A DNA stretch of 63,758 nt, the filler included, from Hyphochytrium catenoides (lineage: Eukaryota; Protista; Hyphochytriomycota), in assembly GCA_900088475.1 (NCBI GenBank). It is 11 parts of 11 records of this genome, joined end to end, with 100 filler letters (N's around TTAATTAATTAA, not from the genome) between each part and the next. Parts side by side here need not be neighbours in the genome. Positions count along the whole stretch, not along the records: positions 33,561 to 54,392 come from FLMG01000553.1; positions 54,493 to 56,131 come from FLMG01003399.1; positions 56,232 to 57,652 come from FLMG01001622.1; positions 57,753 to 58,756 come from FLMG01003146.1; positions 58,857 to 62,237 come from FLMG01001039.1; 6 more parts are not named here. One strand, 5' to 3'. Every line of letters begins with the position of its first letter. Within the stretch, counting starts at the first letter, position 1. The notes under the pieces were generated by a model. It worked only from the letters and a program-made list of their open reading frames with translations. It was not told the origin of the DNA and made no database searches. This document shows, piece by piece, positions 49,267 to 61,059 of this stretch. The translations under genes were made by a program, and so were the position numbers.

Positions 49267-49712
49267 CTACGGGATGATGATGTTGCTTTCCTCCGCCCTG
49301 CCCAAAAAACAGGTGATGGCTGCGCTCTTTATTAAAAGATTCTGGTTTGGGAAGTATCTGCTGTGTATGTTTGTGCCTTTGTGGGCAATCAATGCTTGAG
49401 GCCAAGAACTCTCAGGGGGCTCGGCAAAACATCTCATGGTGAGCGACTCATACAACAAGGGCACTTGACCATCATACCTGCTGGGAGCGACGCCGGACTC
49501 AACAGAGATGATGGTCAATACTGGTACTTCGAATGGTAACAACGTTGCACCAAGATGCATCCAGCCGCAGCCACAATGATGAAAAGGGTTCACCTCATTA
49601 TACGACCAGCCAGGGTCAACATGAGGAGTACTGCCTAAATCGGTGATAAAAGTATTATATCGCTTAAAGAGCGGCATAAAGGCCGAGATAGAGCCACATA
49701 GCGTCGCTCTCC
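49267..49712 (-). CDS. 3' exons of an unknown gene
   Basis: Protein-like open frame GRATLCGSISAFMPLFKRYNTFITDLGSTPHVDPGWSYNEVNPFHHCGCGW with plausible splice sites; no family recognised. Confidence 0.3.
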
Positions 49713-51239
49713 CTGTTGCTGGTATGTATGTCAGAGCTTTCGCAGATTATTATGCTGGTATAAACTGTTCACTTTGTGGACCTCTTCTTTACAAAGAGGA
49801 GAAGTACTGAGCCCATTGACTTGAGAATCGAGCCTTGCGGCTGTAACATTGGGAGCAGTACCAATCATCATGTCAGACTAGTAGCTGATATATCTTCTTC
49901 AAGTGCCATCTAACTAGCTCCGCCATATATTGTTACTCTCCAAGCACTCCTTATTCCTCCTGGCTCACCCCTTGCCAGGATTTATTATCATGCTGGCATG
50001 AAGACGAGTCATGAAAGATCACCTGGCAGCCTACACCTTGTTAATTTCTGAACTCCTTCTTCCATCGCTTGATGGCTGAAAGAAATATGCTTGCAGGCGC
50101 CGGAAGCTCAAACGCTCGTTGCTTCGTCTTAACTCCTTTCTCGATCGAGTAGCTAGAGTTGATCAAAGACAAAGCCGTTCAGACAGCGTTTCTTTCTTTG
50201 GTGTCCCTAACGAATAATCACATTCATGAAATGTTTTGGGACAGCATGCCATATCAATCAATGACGCGTTTATAACTTTGTTGGCAACCCCCTTTATATA
50301 ACTCTGTAAGTCGGTGGCGACTAACGCCCCATATTGAGCTCTTTCTGTCAGATCGAGACCTCAGTCGCTCCATGTCAGCAGATGCTTACTCTTAATCTCC
50401 TTGCTTGTTCTTCTTGGGCCAAAGCGGTAAGTGATATGAATTGCTACACGAAAGAACAGAGAAACGTTGAGCTCGTTGAAGCTACCACACTGAAAGAATA
50501 TGAGTGGGGAGAAATGTCCATGAGGCAGAGACCTATCTCAAAAGATAGTTGGGCGGAAGGTTGACGTCACATCAACTGGAATTCACGCCCATTTAGCTGG
50601 CAAGGGTCTGTGATGTCATGATGGAGGGGGCTACCCCAACACCCATGTCAGCGTACCTCCGAAGGCAGAATGCATTAAGACAGAATGACCTGGTTCAGAT
50701 TGACCAGGACATCTGTCTCTCAGAACACTCCATCTCTACGGTAAACTCAGGCAACATGTCCCTCGCCCTTTTTGCCCAACCAAGCGGCCTCGATGACTGG
50801 TTCCGCCACGACGCCATATAGTCGACCCGTTCGGCGGACACTAAAAGGCTGATCAAAAGTGCGCAATGCTGAAGGCGGCTGAAGTCATAATCCTTCCGCT
50901 TTGATATAAAACCCTTCCACTTCGGATTCTTGGCCTCCTGATTCTTGACGGACACTGCCAGAAGGAAGGGTCGAGCAGCCATGCAACTCACACCCCTCTA
51001 GCTCAGCATGAACTAACGATACTCATAAGCAACTTCCAAGTGATCGCGAGTCCGCGGCGGCTGTTCCTACTTCATTGAGATTTGCACCCTCCAAAACCTC
51101 TTTGGGCATTCCCTTATTGTTTGCGAGAGCTCTTACCGGATCGTATGGAATGGCTGCGATTGGTTGATGAGTTATGATAACACGACAGATGAAGATGATA
51201 TGTATGTACGGTGGTGAGTGATCCTAACGTTACGGCTCG

Positions 51240-51825
51240 CTATGGTGCGCGCTTGGCTGCGGCCTTCTTAGCTGCAGTGACAGTGGTATTAGATGAGTGA
51301 CAACACTACCTGTCCAGTGCGTACGTCCTACCTTTCTTCTTCTTAGCCTTCTTATCTTTGTCTTTGAATTGCTGAAGTAGAAAAAGAGAGATGGAGCCGT
51401 AAGCCAATGACGCTCACGAGACCGACGGCCTGAAGAGGTACCTGAACTTTCTTGAACATTGGTGCGGTTTTGAGGATATCCGGTAAAACTATGAACCTGA
51501 TCTGGCTGCCACGAAGATAGATCTAGAAAGAGAGAGATAAGGAGAGCCTATTTCCATTCCTTGGAGAGTCTCTCACTTGCCTGTTCCAACTTGCTAACTC
51601 TGCCATCTCGCGCCGTATAGGTGACGCCACTCATCTGGAGGTTCATGCTGTGGACATGATTAGAAAGGCAGCTGTCACCTGAAGACTTTTGACAAAGGTA
51701 GCTTACCTATCCTCGCTCTCATTGAGCAGACCTCGATAAATCTCTCCTGTCTTTAGCTCTACAGTTATGGGGTTACCCTCTCCCTCATGGAGAAGCTTGA
51801 TCGGAACGCTGGTATTCTTCGCCAT
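51240..51825 (-). CDS. SNRPD3: Small nuclear ribonucleoprotein Sm D3
   Basis: Exons 51825-51707, 51647-51581, 51522-51442, 51371-51332 and a short last exon to 51240. Product: [11 protein letters not shown]...[11 protein letters not shown]...EDSMNLQM...[35 protein letters not shown]. Confidence 0.95.
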
Positions 51826-52555
51826 TCTCTTGCTTTAAGAAAGACTTCGAATTACGTTGAACTAAGCCTCTGGGGTAAATCGCAGACGATGCTCGCAAGG
51901 GGACTTCTCACGAAGCAGAACGTCGGATAGGCAGGCGCTGGGATAGCAATGTAGAGTCTAGCGTCGGAGTCGCAAGCATGTGTCAAAACCCTTTACGAGT
52001 TGCAATGATCTTCAGTCAGGAAAGAGCATTGTCAGAGCTTATTGGGGGAGCTCTTCTTGGCTCCGCACACAGCCCCTGATTGTAAAAGGGGTTACCGGCT
52101 ATCGAGATCCGAAAGTTAGAGAGATCGATCGCCTCGTAGTTTCCGTACCATACATTCTTCTAGTTCTATGGAGTGTTGGGCAATCATAAATCAGTAAATG
52201 CTCATTCTCCTCTGGCAGGAGACAGCTCCTGATCTCTCCTTCTGTGAGACGGGTACAGTTTGGAAGGGGGATAGAGCTGCACGAAGAGCGCAGACCCTTG
52301 ATGGCAAGCTCCTAGAATTGCTGGAGTGAGCGTCAGTGCCCTTAACGCCTTGCGCACATATTGGGAAACCAAGACGGTACATAGCTGGTCCCACACTGTG
52401 TCCAGATTATAGGGCTCCCTCGCAAAGGACTATGAAGCTCTAGGTACAACTATAGGCAATTTTGGAAAGGGCTTCGTCTGGACGAGCTACCAGCGCAATG
52501 AAACCAGACTAAGGTCAGCCAGGCAGACCCGTAGGCGCTTTGGGGGTCAGTGAAG

Positions 52556-53806
52556 ATGAGTGGCGACGCAGCATCTAGGTGAGTCTGGGACGGAATGCGC
52601 TGGGGAGAAAAAACTTATCTGACCTAAGCAATCGGGCTCTAAGTACTGGTCTAGAGCCGAGGAGGTGGTACGTTGACACTAGGGAATGGAGTCTTTCGGA
52701 GCAGGAATGGTCCATTATTCTAAGTACCCTACCGACAGAAGATAGGACCAAGGTATCAAAAGAATGCCTAAACCCGTAACATATGTTGATCGCTGAGAAC
52801 CTCTAGATCTCCCGCTTCAGATTTGAGAAAGACCGAAAAATGGCGTTGGTAAGCAGGCTGATTCAGCGGTCCCTGATCAGTCACTCATTTGATATACCGC
52901 TCGATGACGTCCTCATACGAAGAACTCCAGAGGTGGGCCACTGTGGCTCCCATTGTCCTTGACTTCGTGAGGGCACCAGCTGATGTTGCTCATTTCTAGG
53001 GCAAGCCCTTCTTTGAAAGCTGTGTCAAGGACCAGATCTTGCCCTCATGGAACTTCAATGTCTCACACCATGCTGGGATTGTCGCCATCGCCAGCGAGCC
53101 CGCAAGTTCTATTGGGCTCGATGTCGTCGACATTGGCGAAGAGCCACCTGGTTCCAAGTCCTTGAATGAGTTCTTCCGCCTCTTCGGTCCGTACTTCACA
53201 GACAGTGAGTGGTCTGTCATCAAAGAGTAGGATTCACTCCATCTTGCGCATTTGAGGTTACTATTATTTACCAAAGACGTTTACTAGATCTGACGAAGAT
53301 AGCGAGAAGCTGAAGGTCTTCTACTACCACTGGGCACTCAAAGAGTCATACATCAAAGCGGTAATTTATGCTTCAACCTAAAAGCAACCCCCTTGACACC
53401 AAACCCTAACATCACCATCTGTCCCTCAGGTAGGAGTTGGATTGGGTATGGACCTGCGAAGACTGAACTTTGCGTTGAGACCTGAGATCGATAATAATAG
53501 CTGGTGGTCCGCAAAGCTTCAAGTAGATGGCACCATCCTTGACGGCTGGAGGTAAGGAAGCATGCCCGAGCAACTGCTGTCGTCCTCTTCCTAACTGCTG
53601 GTGTTACTCGCATTTTGATGTCCTGAGACAGATTCTCAATACAACCCCTGGAGGGATCCTGCGTAGCAGCTGTGGCAGTTGGGCCCCCAGCAGGATCAGT
53701 GTCGTCTTGTCTTCCCCCGACCCATTTCACTCGTCTGAAGCTGGGAAATCTGCTGCCATCAGAAACCCTGCAGTTTGATCGGTCATTCTGTGGGCCCTAT
53801 TCCTAG
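52556..53806 (+). CDS. Sfp/AASDHPPT-type 4'-phosphopantetheinyl transferase
   Basis: Exons 52556-52578, 52644-52752, 52807-52932, 53000-53226, 53288-53360, 53430-53551 and 53632-53806. Motifs RTPEGKP, FNVSHH, IGLDVV and YHWALKESYIKAVGVGL. Confidence 0.93.
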
Positions 53807-53826
53807 ATATCCAGAGGATTCCAGGG

Positions 53827-54392
53827 TCAGCCTGTCCTCAACATCCGCCTTTCTTTGTTGATGGGTCCCGGGTGCTCAGCGACAGTCATACCATCGTGGA
53901 AGTAGACGTGGTTAAGAGTGTCCGGCGGCAGGAGAACGAAGGAGCAAAGGAGAAGAAGAACTGCGCCTATCACCAGGAGAAGAAATTTATGGTGTCCAGT
54001 AGTCTTGCCAATGTGCTGCTTGAGTGAAGACAACTCTCCGCTCTTCTTCCACCGGTTGTCATGGCTTACGCTGGTTACTTCTACAGTCGGCATGCTTATC
54101 TCAAGATTCGGATTGGCGAAGCGTAGTGCCGTCCAACACGCCACAACTTGCGGGCACACGAGTAGCGGATGCGGCGGTCTCTTCTTGTCTGAGCCAACAA
54201 ACAAAGAATTGAATACTCTTGTCCTCCAGCTCGACGGGGCTTTTCCAGTCTAGCACCCGTTCTGCTCGCTGTTAGCTTACAAGCTGCTGTCCTTGGCTTG
54301 CTTTATAGACCACGTGCTCCATCGCTGTCTCTTCAAGCTCTGCAGGGCACGGGCCCAAGACATTTGGATGGAATCTGCATTTTGGTTGTCTC
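53827..54392 (-). CDS. 3' end of an unknown protein with a C-terminal transmembrane helix
   Basis: Open frame ...RVFNSLFVGSDKKRPPHPLLVCP...KFLLLVIGAVLLLLCSFVLLPP...*; truncated by the scaffold end. Confidence 0.45.
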
Positions 54393-54492
54393 NNNNNNNN
54401 NNNNNNNNNNNNNNNNNNNNNNNNNNNNNNNNNNNNTTAATTAATTAANNNNNNNNNNNNNNNNNNNNNNNNNNNNNNNNNNNNNNNNNNNN
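54393..54492. other. Artificial scaffold spacer
   Basis: N44-TTAATTAATTAA-N44. Confidence 0.98.
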
Positions 54493-56131
54493 CGCCATCA
54501 TAATCGCTCCAGGTGTACGCTCCACAGCCCACTGTCGCGCGACAGACGCTGCAGCACTCTTCTGCAGTTGAACACTTCTCATCACCGATGTCATTGGCCA
54601 CGTAGTCCACATCTTCTTCCAATGGAGAACAGCTGTTAGCAGCAGCAGTAGTAGTTGAGAAAGCGGCAGACGTGACGCCAGGCTTGACAACAGCTTGTCC
54701 TCTCGCGCTCTTGAGCCAGCATGTCCCTCCGTTAAAGTCAGACCATGAGAACGCCTGACAGCCGGGCGTCCTCGAGCAGTGGTCACAGCAGTCAGAGGCC
54801 TGGTGTGCCTGGACGTTCGAGAGGTCGTTTCCAAGGTAGTCCACGTTGTTTTCTAGACGAGTGCATTGCTCGAGAAGCGCCGGCGTCGGAGTGGAAGGCG
54901 TAGGTGCTGGACTAGGAGCAGCAGTTGTTGGCTGAGGCCTGGGTGCCGTATCTGGGCACGTGACCGTGTTCTCAGGGTCAAAGCCAGCTAGTTTGGCTGC
55001 CCGACACGCGTTGACAAGGCCGTGTCCATAGCTATCGTCCCTTCCGGCAGGGCCCAGGTCCTTCGCAGTGCTGACCAGCGCCTCCCGAACCTGCACATTC
55101 GACCAGTTCAGATTGTAGCTCCAAACAATCGCAGCTGCCCCGGCGACATGAGGAGTGGCCATCGACGTCCCTTCATAATAGTCAAACTGACTGTTGGGGA
55201 CTGAAGAGTAGATGCCCACCCCTGGCGCCGTGAGATCGACCATCGCGTTGCGCTGAGAGAAGTCTGCCAGATTCTTGCGTTGATCTACCGCGCCCACAGA
55301 GATGACATGCTCGTAAGAAGCGGGATAGAAGGGTTCCGTCCCACCTTCATTCCCAGCAGCGGCCACGAACAAGACGCCTGCGTTGAACAGGCGGCGGAGG
55401 CCCTCCTCCTCCGCGGCAGAAGACTCAAAGCCGCCTAGACTCATGTTGATGATCACTTTGGACGAACCTGAGCCAGTCTGGCACTCTTCGGCTGCAGCAA
55501 TAAGGTCTGAGGCATAGGCCCAATAGCACATGTCGTCCTCAGGGTCAGTAGGTCCCAGAACTCGGACAGAGTGGACACCTACGCCAGCAGCCACGCCAAA
55601 GCCCTTGCGAGAAGCCACAGTGCCAGTGACGTGCGTGCCATGTCCACACTCATCGAGAAAGCTGGTGGGCTCGCCACTGAGAGGGACTCCAGCCAGACCG
55701 GGATGGTCCCTTTGAACGCCAGAGTCCATGACACAGACTGTCAAGGCACTTGGAGGAGCTTTAGCGGCGTTGAAAGGAGTAACATCTGCACCTACCATCT
55801 TCATGCCATAGCTTGCGTCGCTCGGAAGTGCCATCGCAGCCCGAAGATGACGAGAAGCAGAAAGGCTAGGAGAAGAGCCAGTTGCTGAGAAAGAAGTAGA
55901 GCCAAACGCATAGCGGACAGGATCTTTTTCTACTCTGGCAACGCCCGGGAGGGAAGAGAGCGCAGCGATGGCGCTCTCATTGTTAGTCTGGACAGCTTTG
56001 GCGCCAATGACGGCAAGGTCATGCACCTTCGTGATCTCCGGCTGGTTGTCGATGAACTTGTCCAAGGCTTCTTCGCTCGTCTTAGGTATGCCAAGGCCAC
56101 TGACTCCCGCGGCTCCTCTCTGTTGGGGTCC
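54493..56131 (-). CDS. Subtilisin (S8) serine protease with Pro/Thr linker and at least 2 PAN/Apple (CBEL-like) domains, partial
   Basis: Catalytic triad in VMDSG, HGTHVTG and GTSMATPHVAG, plus oxyanion AAAGN. Then PQPTTAAPSPAPTPSTPTP and two repeats of LE.NVDY..ND...CC..C...GC.A(F/Y)(S/T)WSD(F/Y).GG. The frame is open across the whole scaffold. Confidence 0.95.
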
Positions 56132-56231
56132 NNNNNNNNNNNNNNNNNNNNNNNNNNNNNNNNNNNNNNNNNNNNTTAATTAATTAANNNNNNNNNNNNN
56201 NNNNNNNNNNNNNNNNNNNNNNNNNNNNNNN
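56132..56231. other. Artificial scaffold spacer
   Basis: N44-TTAATTAATTAA-N44. Confidence 0.98.
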
Positions 56232-56609
56232 AGAGAGAGGGAGAGAGAGAGAAAGAGAAGAGAGATGAGGAGGAGCGAGAGTGTAGGTTCCCTGGCTGAT
56301 TGATGTCTGGGGGGAAATGATCCGGCCTATGCCTCCGCTGAATCCTCGCGGATATTTCTCATTGTCGAGAAGACCTAAAGCATGAGGCAGAGTCATGAGA
56401 GAGAGAGAGAGAGGGAGGGAGAGCACCACCAGCTTGGAATGATGGAAGAACGAGAGAGACAGACAACGATGGGGGAGAGAGAAAAGAGAGAGAAAGAAAT
56501 TCGTAGAAACGGAGAGGAGATAGCTGCTGGTAGAGCGTAAGAGAGAGAGAGAAAGAGAGAGAAAGATCCCGAAGCGTCACAACCCAACTTTCTCCCTTCC
56601 TAGTGCTTG

Positions 56610-57107
56610 ATGCACCGAGGAGCATTGGTCCGAACGGTCCTCGAGAGACAGAAAAGACACCTTCTTTCCCAGGTTATTACCAGGACAATAGCGCACCAGC
56701 AGAGAGAGAGAAAGAAAGAGATACTGGCGGAGAGAGAAGAGAAAGAAGCGAAGGAGAAGAGAATGGAGAAGGAAGAAGAGCGTGGCAGCTTACCTTCTCC
56801 GCCGCTGGTGGACATTGGCCTCAACCTTACGCACCGGTAATGGCTCTTGACATGTTTTCCCGCTCCGTCGATAGCTATCTCCTCTCTCTCTCTCTCTGCT
56901 TCCTCTCTCTCTCTCTCTCTCATTCTCTCTCTTTTTCTTTCTGTCTCGTTCTGTCTCTTTCTCTCTCCCTTCTCTCCATCTTCCTCCCTCAGCGCTCTTT
57001 GATCTTCTCCCCCTCACTCTTTGTCTGTTCAACTCATCCCATTTTCTATCTCTCTCTCTGTTCCCCTCTCCTTCTCTCTCTCTCTTCTCCTTCTCTCTCA
57101 CTCTCTT

Positions 57108-57141
<34 letters not shown>

Positions 57142-57339
57142 TCTCTACATTCAGGCAATTTCAATCTGACGCTCTGGAAGTCCTGGAGAGAGCGGAGAGA
57201 GAGGGAGTGCGTGGCGTGGTGGTGACAGGCGTGAGCGTGAGAGAGAGCAGAGCCGCTCTCAGGCTTGTGAAGAGTCTGAAAGGGTCTTCTCGTCTCTCCA
57301 TGGGACTCTTCCTCACAGCAGGAGTTCACCCGCATGAAG
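56610..57339 (+). CDS. tatD: TatD-family nuclease, 5' part
   Basis: Exon 56610-56836 (LVDIGLNLTHR) and exon 57155-57339 (QFQSDALEVLERAEREGVRGVVVTG...TAGVHPH) join in phase. Confidence 0.88.
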
Positions 57340-57354
57340 GTGTCATTCTCCTCT

Positions 57355-57393
<39 letters not shown>

Positions 57394-57652
57394 TTCTTTG
57401 GCTCTCTCTTCTCTTTCTTTTACTCTCTCTTTCTCTGTCTCTGCGCACACTCACTCTTTTTCAGTCTATTTTTCTTTAATTCTTGCGCCTTTCTCTCCAC
57501 TTATTTTTCTGCTCTCTCCTTCTAACACATGGTCCCTTTCCCACCCTTTTCTCTTCTTTACGTTTTCCTCTCTCGCTCTCTCTCTTTCTGCTCTCTCTCT
57601 CTCTCTGTCTCCCTTTTTTCTCTCCCCCTTTCTCTCTCTCTCTCTCTCTCTC

Positions 57653-57752
57653 NNNNNNNNNNNNNNNNNNNNNNNNNNNNNNNNNNNNNNNNNNNNTTAA
57701 TTAATTAANNNNNNNNNNNNNNNNNNNNNNNNNNNNNNNNNNNNNNNNNNNN
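57653..57752. other. Artificial scaffold spacer
   Basis: N44-TTAATTAATTAA-N44. Confidence 0.98.
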
Positions 57753-58756
57753 TACCGACAAGATAAGGCAGCAGAGGCGCCACAATCATGCCCAGACGAT
57801 GCCTGAGAGGACACTGAAGATGGTAAAAGAGTGACGCGGAGAGCAAGCTGACGGTATAGTAGCCGACAACCGTGAACGCTGTCACATGGTAGAGCACGTA
57901 GACCGTGTAGAGGGCCAGAGTAACTACCAAGTCTATGAGATAATAGAGGAGGAACCTCCGCCTTATCTTCTGTCGATGGAAGAAGAGACCTGGGAAGCAT
58001 TCAAAGGCCGAGTAGACTGGTCCGAAGTGCGGGAAAGGGATGTTGGCTAAATAGTTGAAGAGGAACTGTCCAAAGTTAGCTATCGAATAGTAGAAAAGAC
58101 AGTAGAACTCATCGAAGGTTGCTGGTATGTAAGGATTCTCATTAGCAGAGGGCACTTCTTCCTCTTCTTCGTCACTCTTGGCAAGCCTCTCTTCCTCCGG
58201 AACGTAAGAACTGCGCTGCTGAGCAGAAGAAGAGATGTTGCAGAAGTCAGTGGCCAAAGAGCGCGGAGCGTTGGCCACCACGGCCGCTGTTGGAACCCCA
58301 AGGAATCTCACAGAGCAGAGAGAGAAGAAGAGAATGTTCGCTCCGGCAATAACTATCCCGGAGACAACCAGAAACACTGCCCGTACTGTCAAGAACTGAG
58401 CCGCGGAGCTGAGGCTCCTTCCCTTCGGCTCTTGCTTGCAGGCAGGCGGCGTTGCTCCACGCGGTGCCGCCGTCAACGGTGATCCTCCTCTCTCTTTCCT
58501 CTCTTCCCCTTTGTCTCCGCCGCTTGACAGAGAGATCTTCTCTTGACTCCCCAGCGCGGAGACGACAGTGAACTTCTGATGGGCCCTGGGCCTGGGCGGC
58601 GGGCTGACCCCATTATTACCTTCGCCTTGGACACCACGGCTGATGAGTGTCAGAAGATCTGGTTTTGGACAGCATTCCTCTTGTTGCAGCTTGCGTTCGC
58701 CTGAGGCTTGTGCTCCCTTTGTACCTTGGCTTCCGTGCTCCTCCTCCTTCTCTTTG
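57753..58756 (-). CDS. Internal fragment of an unknown multi-pass membrane protein
   Basis: One frame is open across the entire 1-kb scaffold: a hydrophilic N-terminal part followed by several hydrophobic helices. Confidence 0.7.
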
Positions 58757-58856
58757 NNNNNNNNNNNNNNNNNNNNNNNNNNNNNNNNNNNNNNNNNNNN
58801 TTAATTAATTAANNNNNNNNNNNNNNNNNNNNNNNNNNNNNNNNNNNNNNNNNNNN
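58757..58856. other. Artificial scaffold spacer
   Basis: N44-TTAATTAATTAA-N44. Confidence 0.98.
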
Positions 58857-59665
58857 TCTCTCTCCTTCTCTCTCTCCCTCTCTCTCTCTCCCTCTCTCTC
58901 TCTCTCTCGCTTTCTTTTCTTTCTTTCGTCCTCTCTCCTCTCTCTCTCCAGCTTGTTCTTCTGTTCCCGTCGCTCTTTGTCTCTCTTTCTCCATCTTCGG
59001 TACGGCAGTTGCTAGTTCTACACTATTTTCCCAAAGTCGCAGTCGCATCTTCTAACTCTTGTTAGATGGAAGGAAGAGGCCCACATTGCGGCCGCTGCCC
59101 GCATCTGCATCCTCGCATTCCATTCTTCTCTCTCTATCGCCACTTAGCCAACGCCGTGTCTCTTCTTTTCTCTCGCGCTTCTCTCCCTTATTGTCCCTCC
59201 AAAGCTGGTAGTTCCTACCGACAACCGCAGCGATACGTATAGAAACCTGAGAAAGAAAGAGTGTTAGGAGGGTTCTCTCTTTGCGCTCGCGTCTGCTGGC
59301 GAGACAGCTTCAGCCTGAACGAGCCCAGTGACAGAAACACAAGGCAGGCAGCATTGAAGGAGAGACGTGCAGAGTTAGGAGGCTGAGCTGCGCGCTTTCT
59401 GGCGCTGCATGCAGAAGGAGACACTCTGTTGACTCCAAGGTATACAAGGCCACACCAAGAATGTCCTTTCTTCGTAAAGCCTCCCTCTTGCTCCTTGTCT
59501 GCTGGTGTCGCTCTTTCTCTCTCTTTCCTTTCTCTCATCTGGGACTGGACTTTGAGTTGCCCATGTGCCTTCTGCCAATCAAACCTGAAGCACTGCTCGT
59601 CAGGCATCCCGCCTCCTTGCCGACAGCTCCTTTGGAAAAGGTCCAGCCATTGCTACTCTGAAGCG

Positions 59666-60750
59666 ATGCCGCCAAGCGTTTTACAGCCCACTGGGGCGCT
59701 GCAGGAGGGATTGGGGTTGCTGAGAGAGGAGAAGGCGCCTGCAGAATTGCCGGCAGCCGAATCTTTGGCTGCCACTGTCGCAGTTGGCAAGTGCCTGAAC
59801 GAGAAGGAGAAGGAAAGAGTCGACAGCACTGACGAGGAGGCCGAAACAGTTATTGTCTTCGATTGGGGTACGCGGTCGGGTGCACCAGTCTCTCCATCTC
59901 TCTTTCTCTCTCGCTCTGTGTGTTCGTCTCCCATTGTCTTCGTTGACTTCGATATGTCTCTAGTCCTTTTCTTTCCTTCAACTCCAGCACCTGCGCTGGC
60001 AAGACCTATGTCTCTCACACTTCGCTCGCCGCTGCATCCTTAGATGATACTCTGTTTCCGTCCTCATGGCTGGAGGGGAAGGGCTGGGAGGCCTGCCAAG
60101 GCAATGTCAGTCTGGATGTAGAGGACAAACGTCAGCTTGCCTCCTTTGAGGAGCTCGTCTTGGAACTTCTTCAAAGTGCTCACCATTTGGGCCGCGTGAT
60201 GATTGTGACGGACGCAGAGGAAGGCTGGGTGGAGCTCAGGTGATCACAAGCAGCGCGTCTCTCGTTGATTCCACTGTCTGGAGCATTAACCGCTCTCTCG
60301 CTCTCTTCCACTTTCCCGATGTACTGCCTTGCCTTCTTCACCTTACCCTGGCTTGGCAGCTGTTCAATCTTCATGCCCAAAGTCAGAGCACTTCTTCAGA
60401 CTGCGGGCATTGCCATCGTATCAGCGCGGACCAGATTCCAGCGCTACTATCCGAAGAAAGTCTTGCAGTGGAAACGTGAAGCCTTCATGAGCCATGTCTA
60501 CAGTGCCTACGCATCCTTCCCTAGCAACATCGTTTCCATCGGCGACGGACCCAGTGAGCGGGAGGCGCTATTTTCCTTGGTCTATTCTGTGCCTGGGCTG
60601 GTGGGGAAGTGCATCAAGCTGATCTCTCAGCCTCAGCTCTGGGAGCTGCACTATCAGTTGGAGACAGTCCTGAGATGCTTGGAGACTGTCTGTCATAGCT
60701 CGGAAGGGCTGGATCTGCAGCTTGCCAAAGAGAACGCAGGCAAATGCTAG
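59666..60750 (+). CDS. HAD-superfamily-like protein (FDWDDTL type)
   Basis: Exons 59666-59867, 60044-60239 and 60360-60750. Motifs VIVFDWDDTLFPSSWL, IVTDAEEGWVELSC, IVSAR, WKREAF and NIVSIGDGPSEREA. Confidence 0.85.
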
Positions 60751-61059
60751 CAAGGAAGCTGCCTTCCCCTCTGGATCCAATGGGGAAAAGTAGCTGGAAC
60801 ATGACGTTTTTTCTCTCTCTGTCTGAGTACATCTGAGGACGCAACATCCCAGGTCTTAGCTGTCGCATGTCCCTGCTCTCCCTCTCTCTCTCTCTGTCTG
60901 TTTAGCATGCTCTATTACTCTCAGATCTCCGCTACCGCCTCTGTTCGCGTCCGTTACCTCTCCTTTCTCTGTCGTTCACAACTTGTGATTATTTATTTTA
61001 TAAACAAAGCAACCAGGCACATATGCTGCTGCCACCAGTGCTTAGAGCCGCTTTGATGC

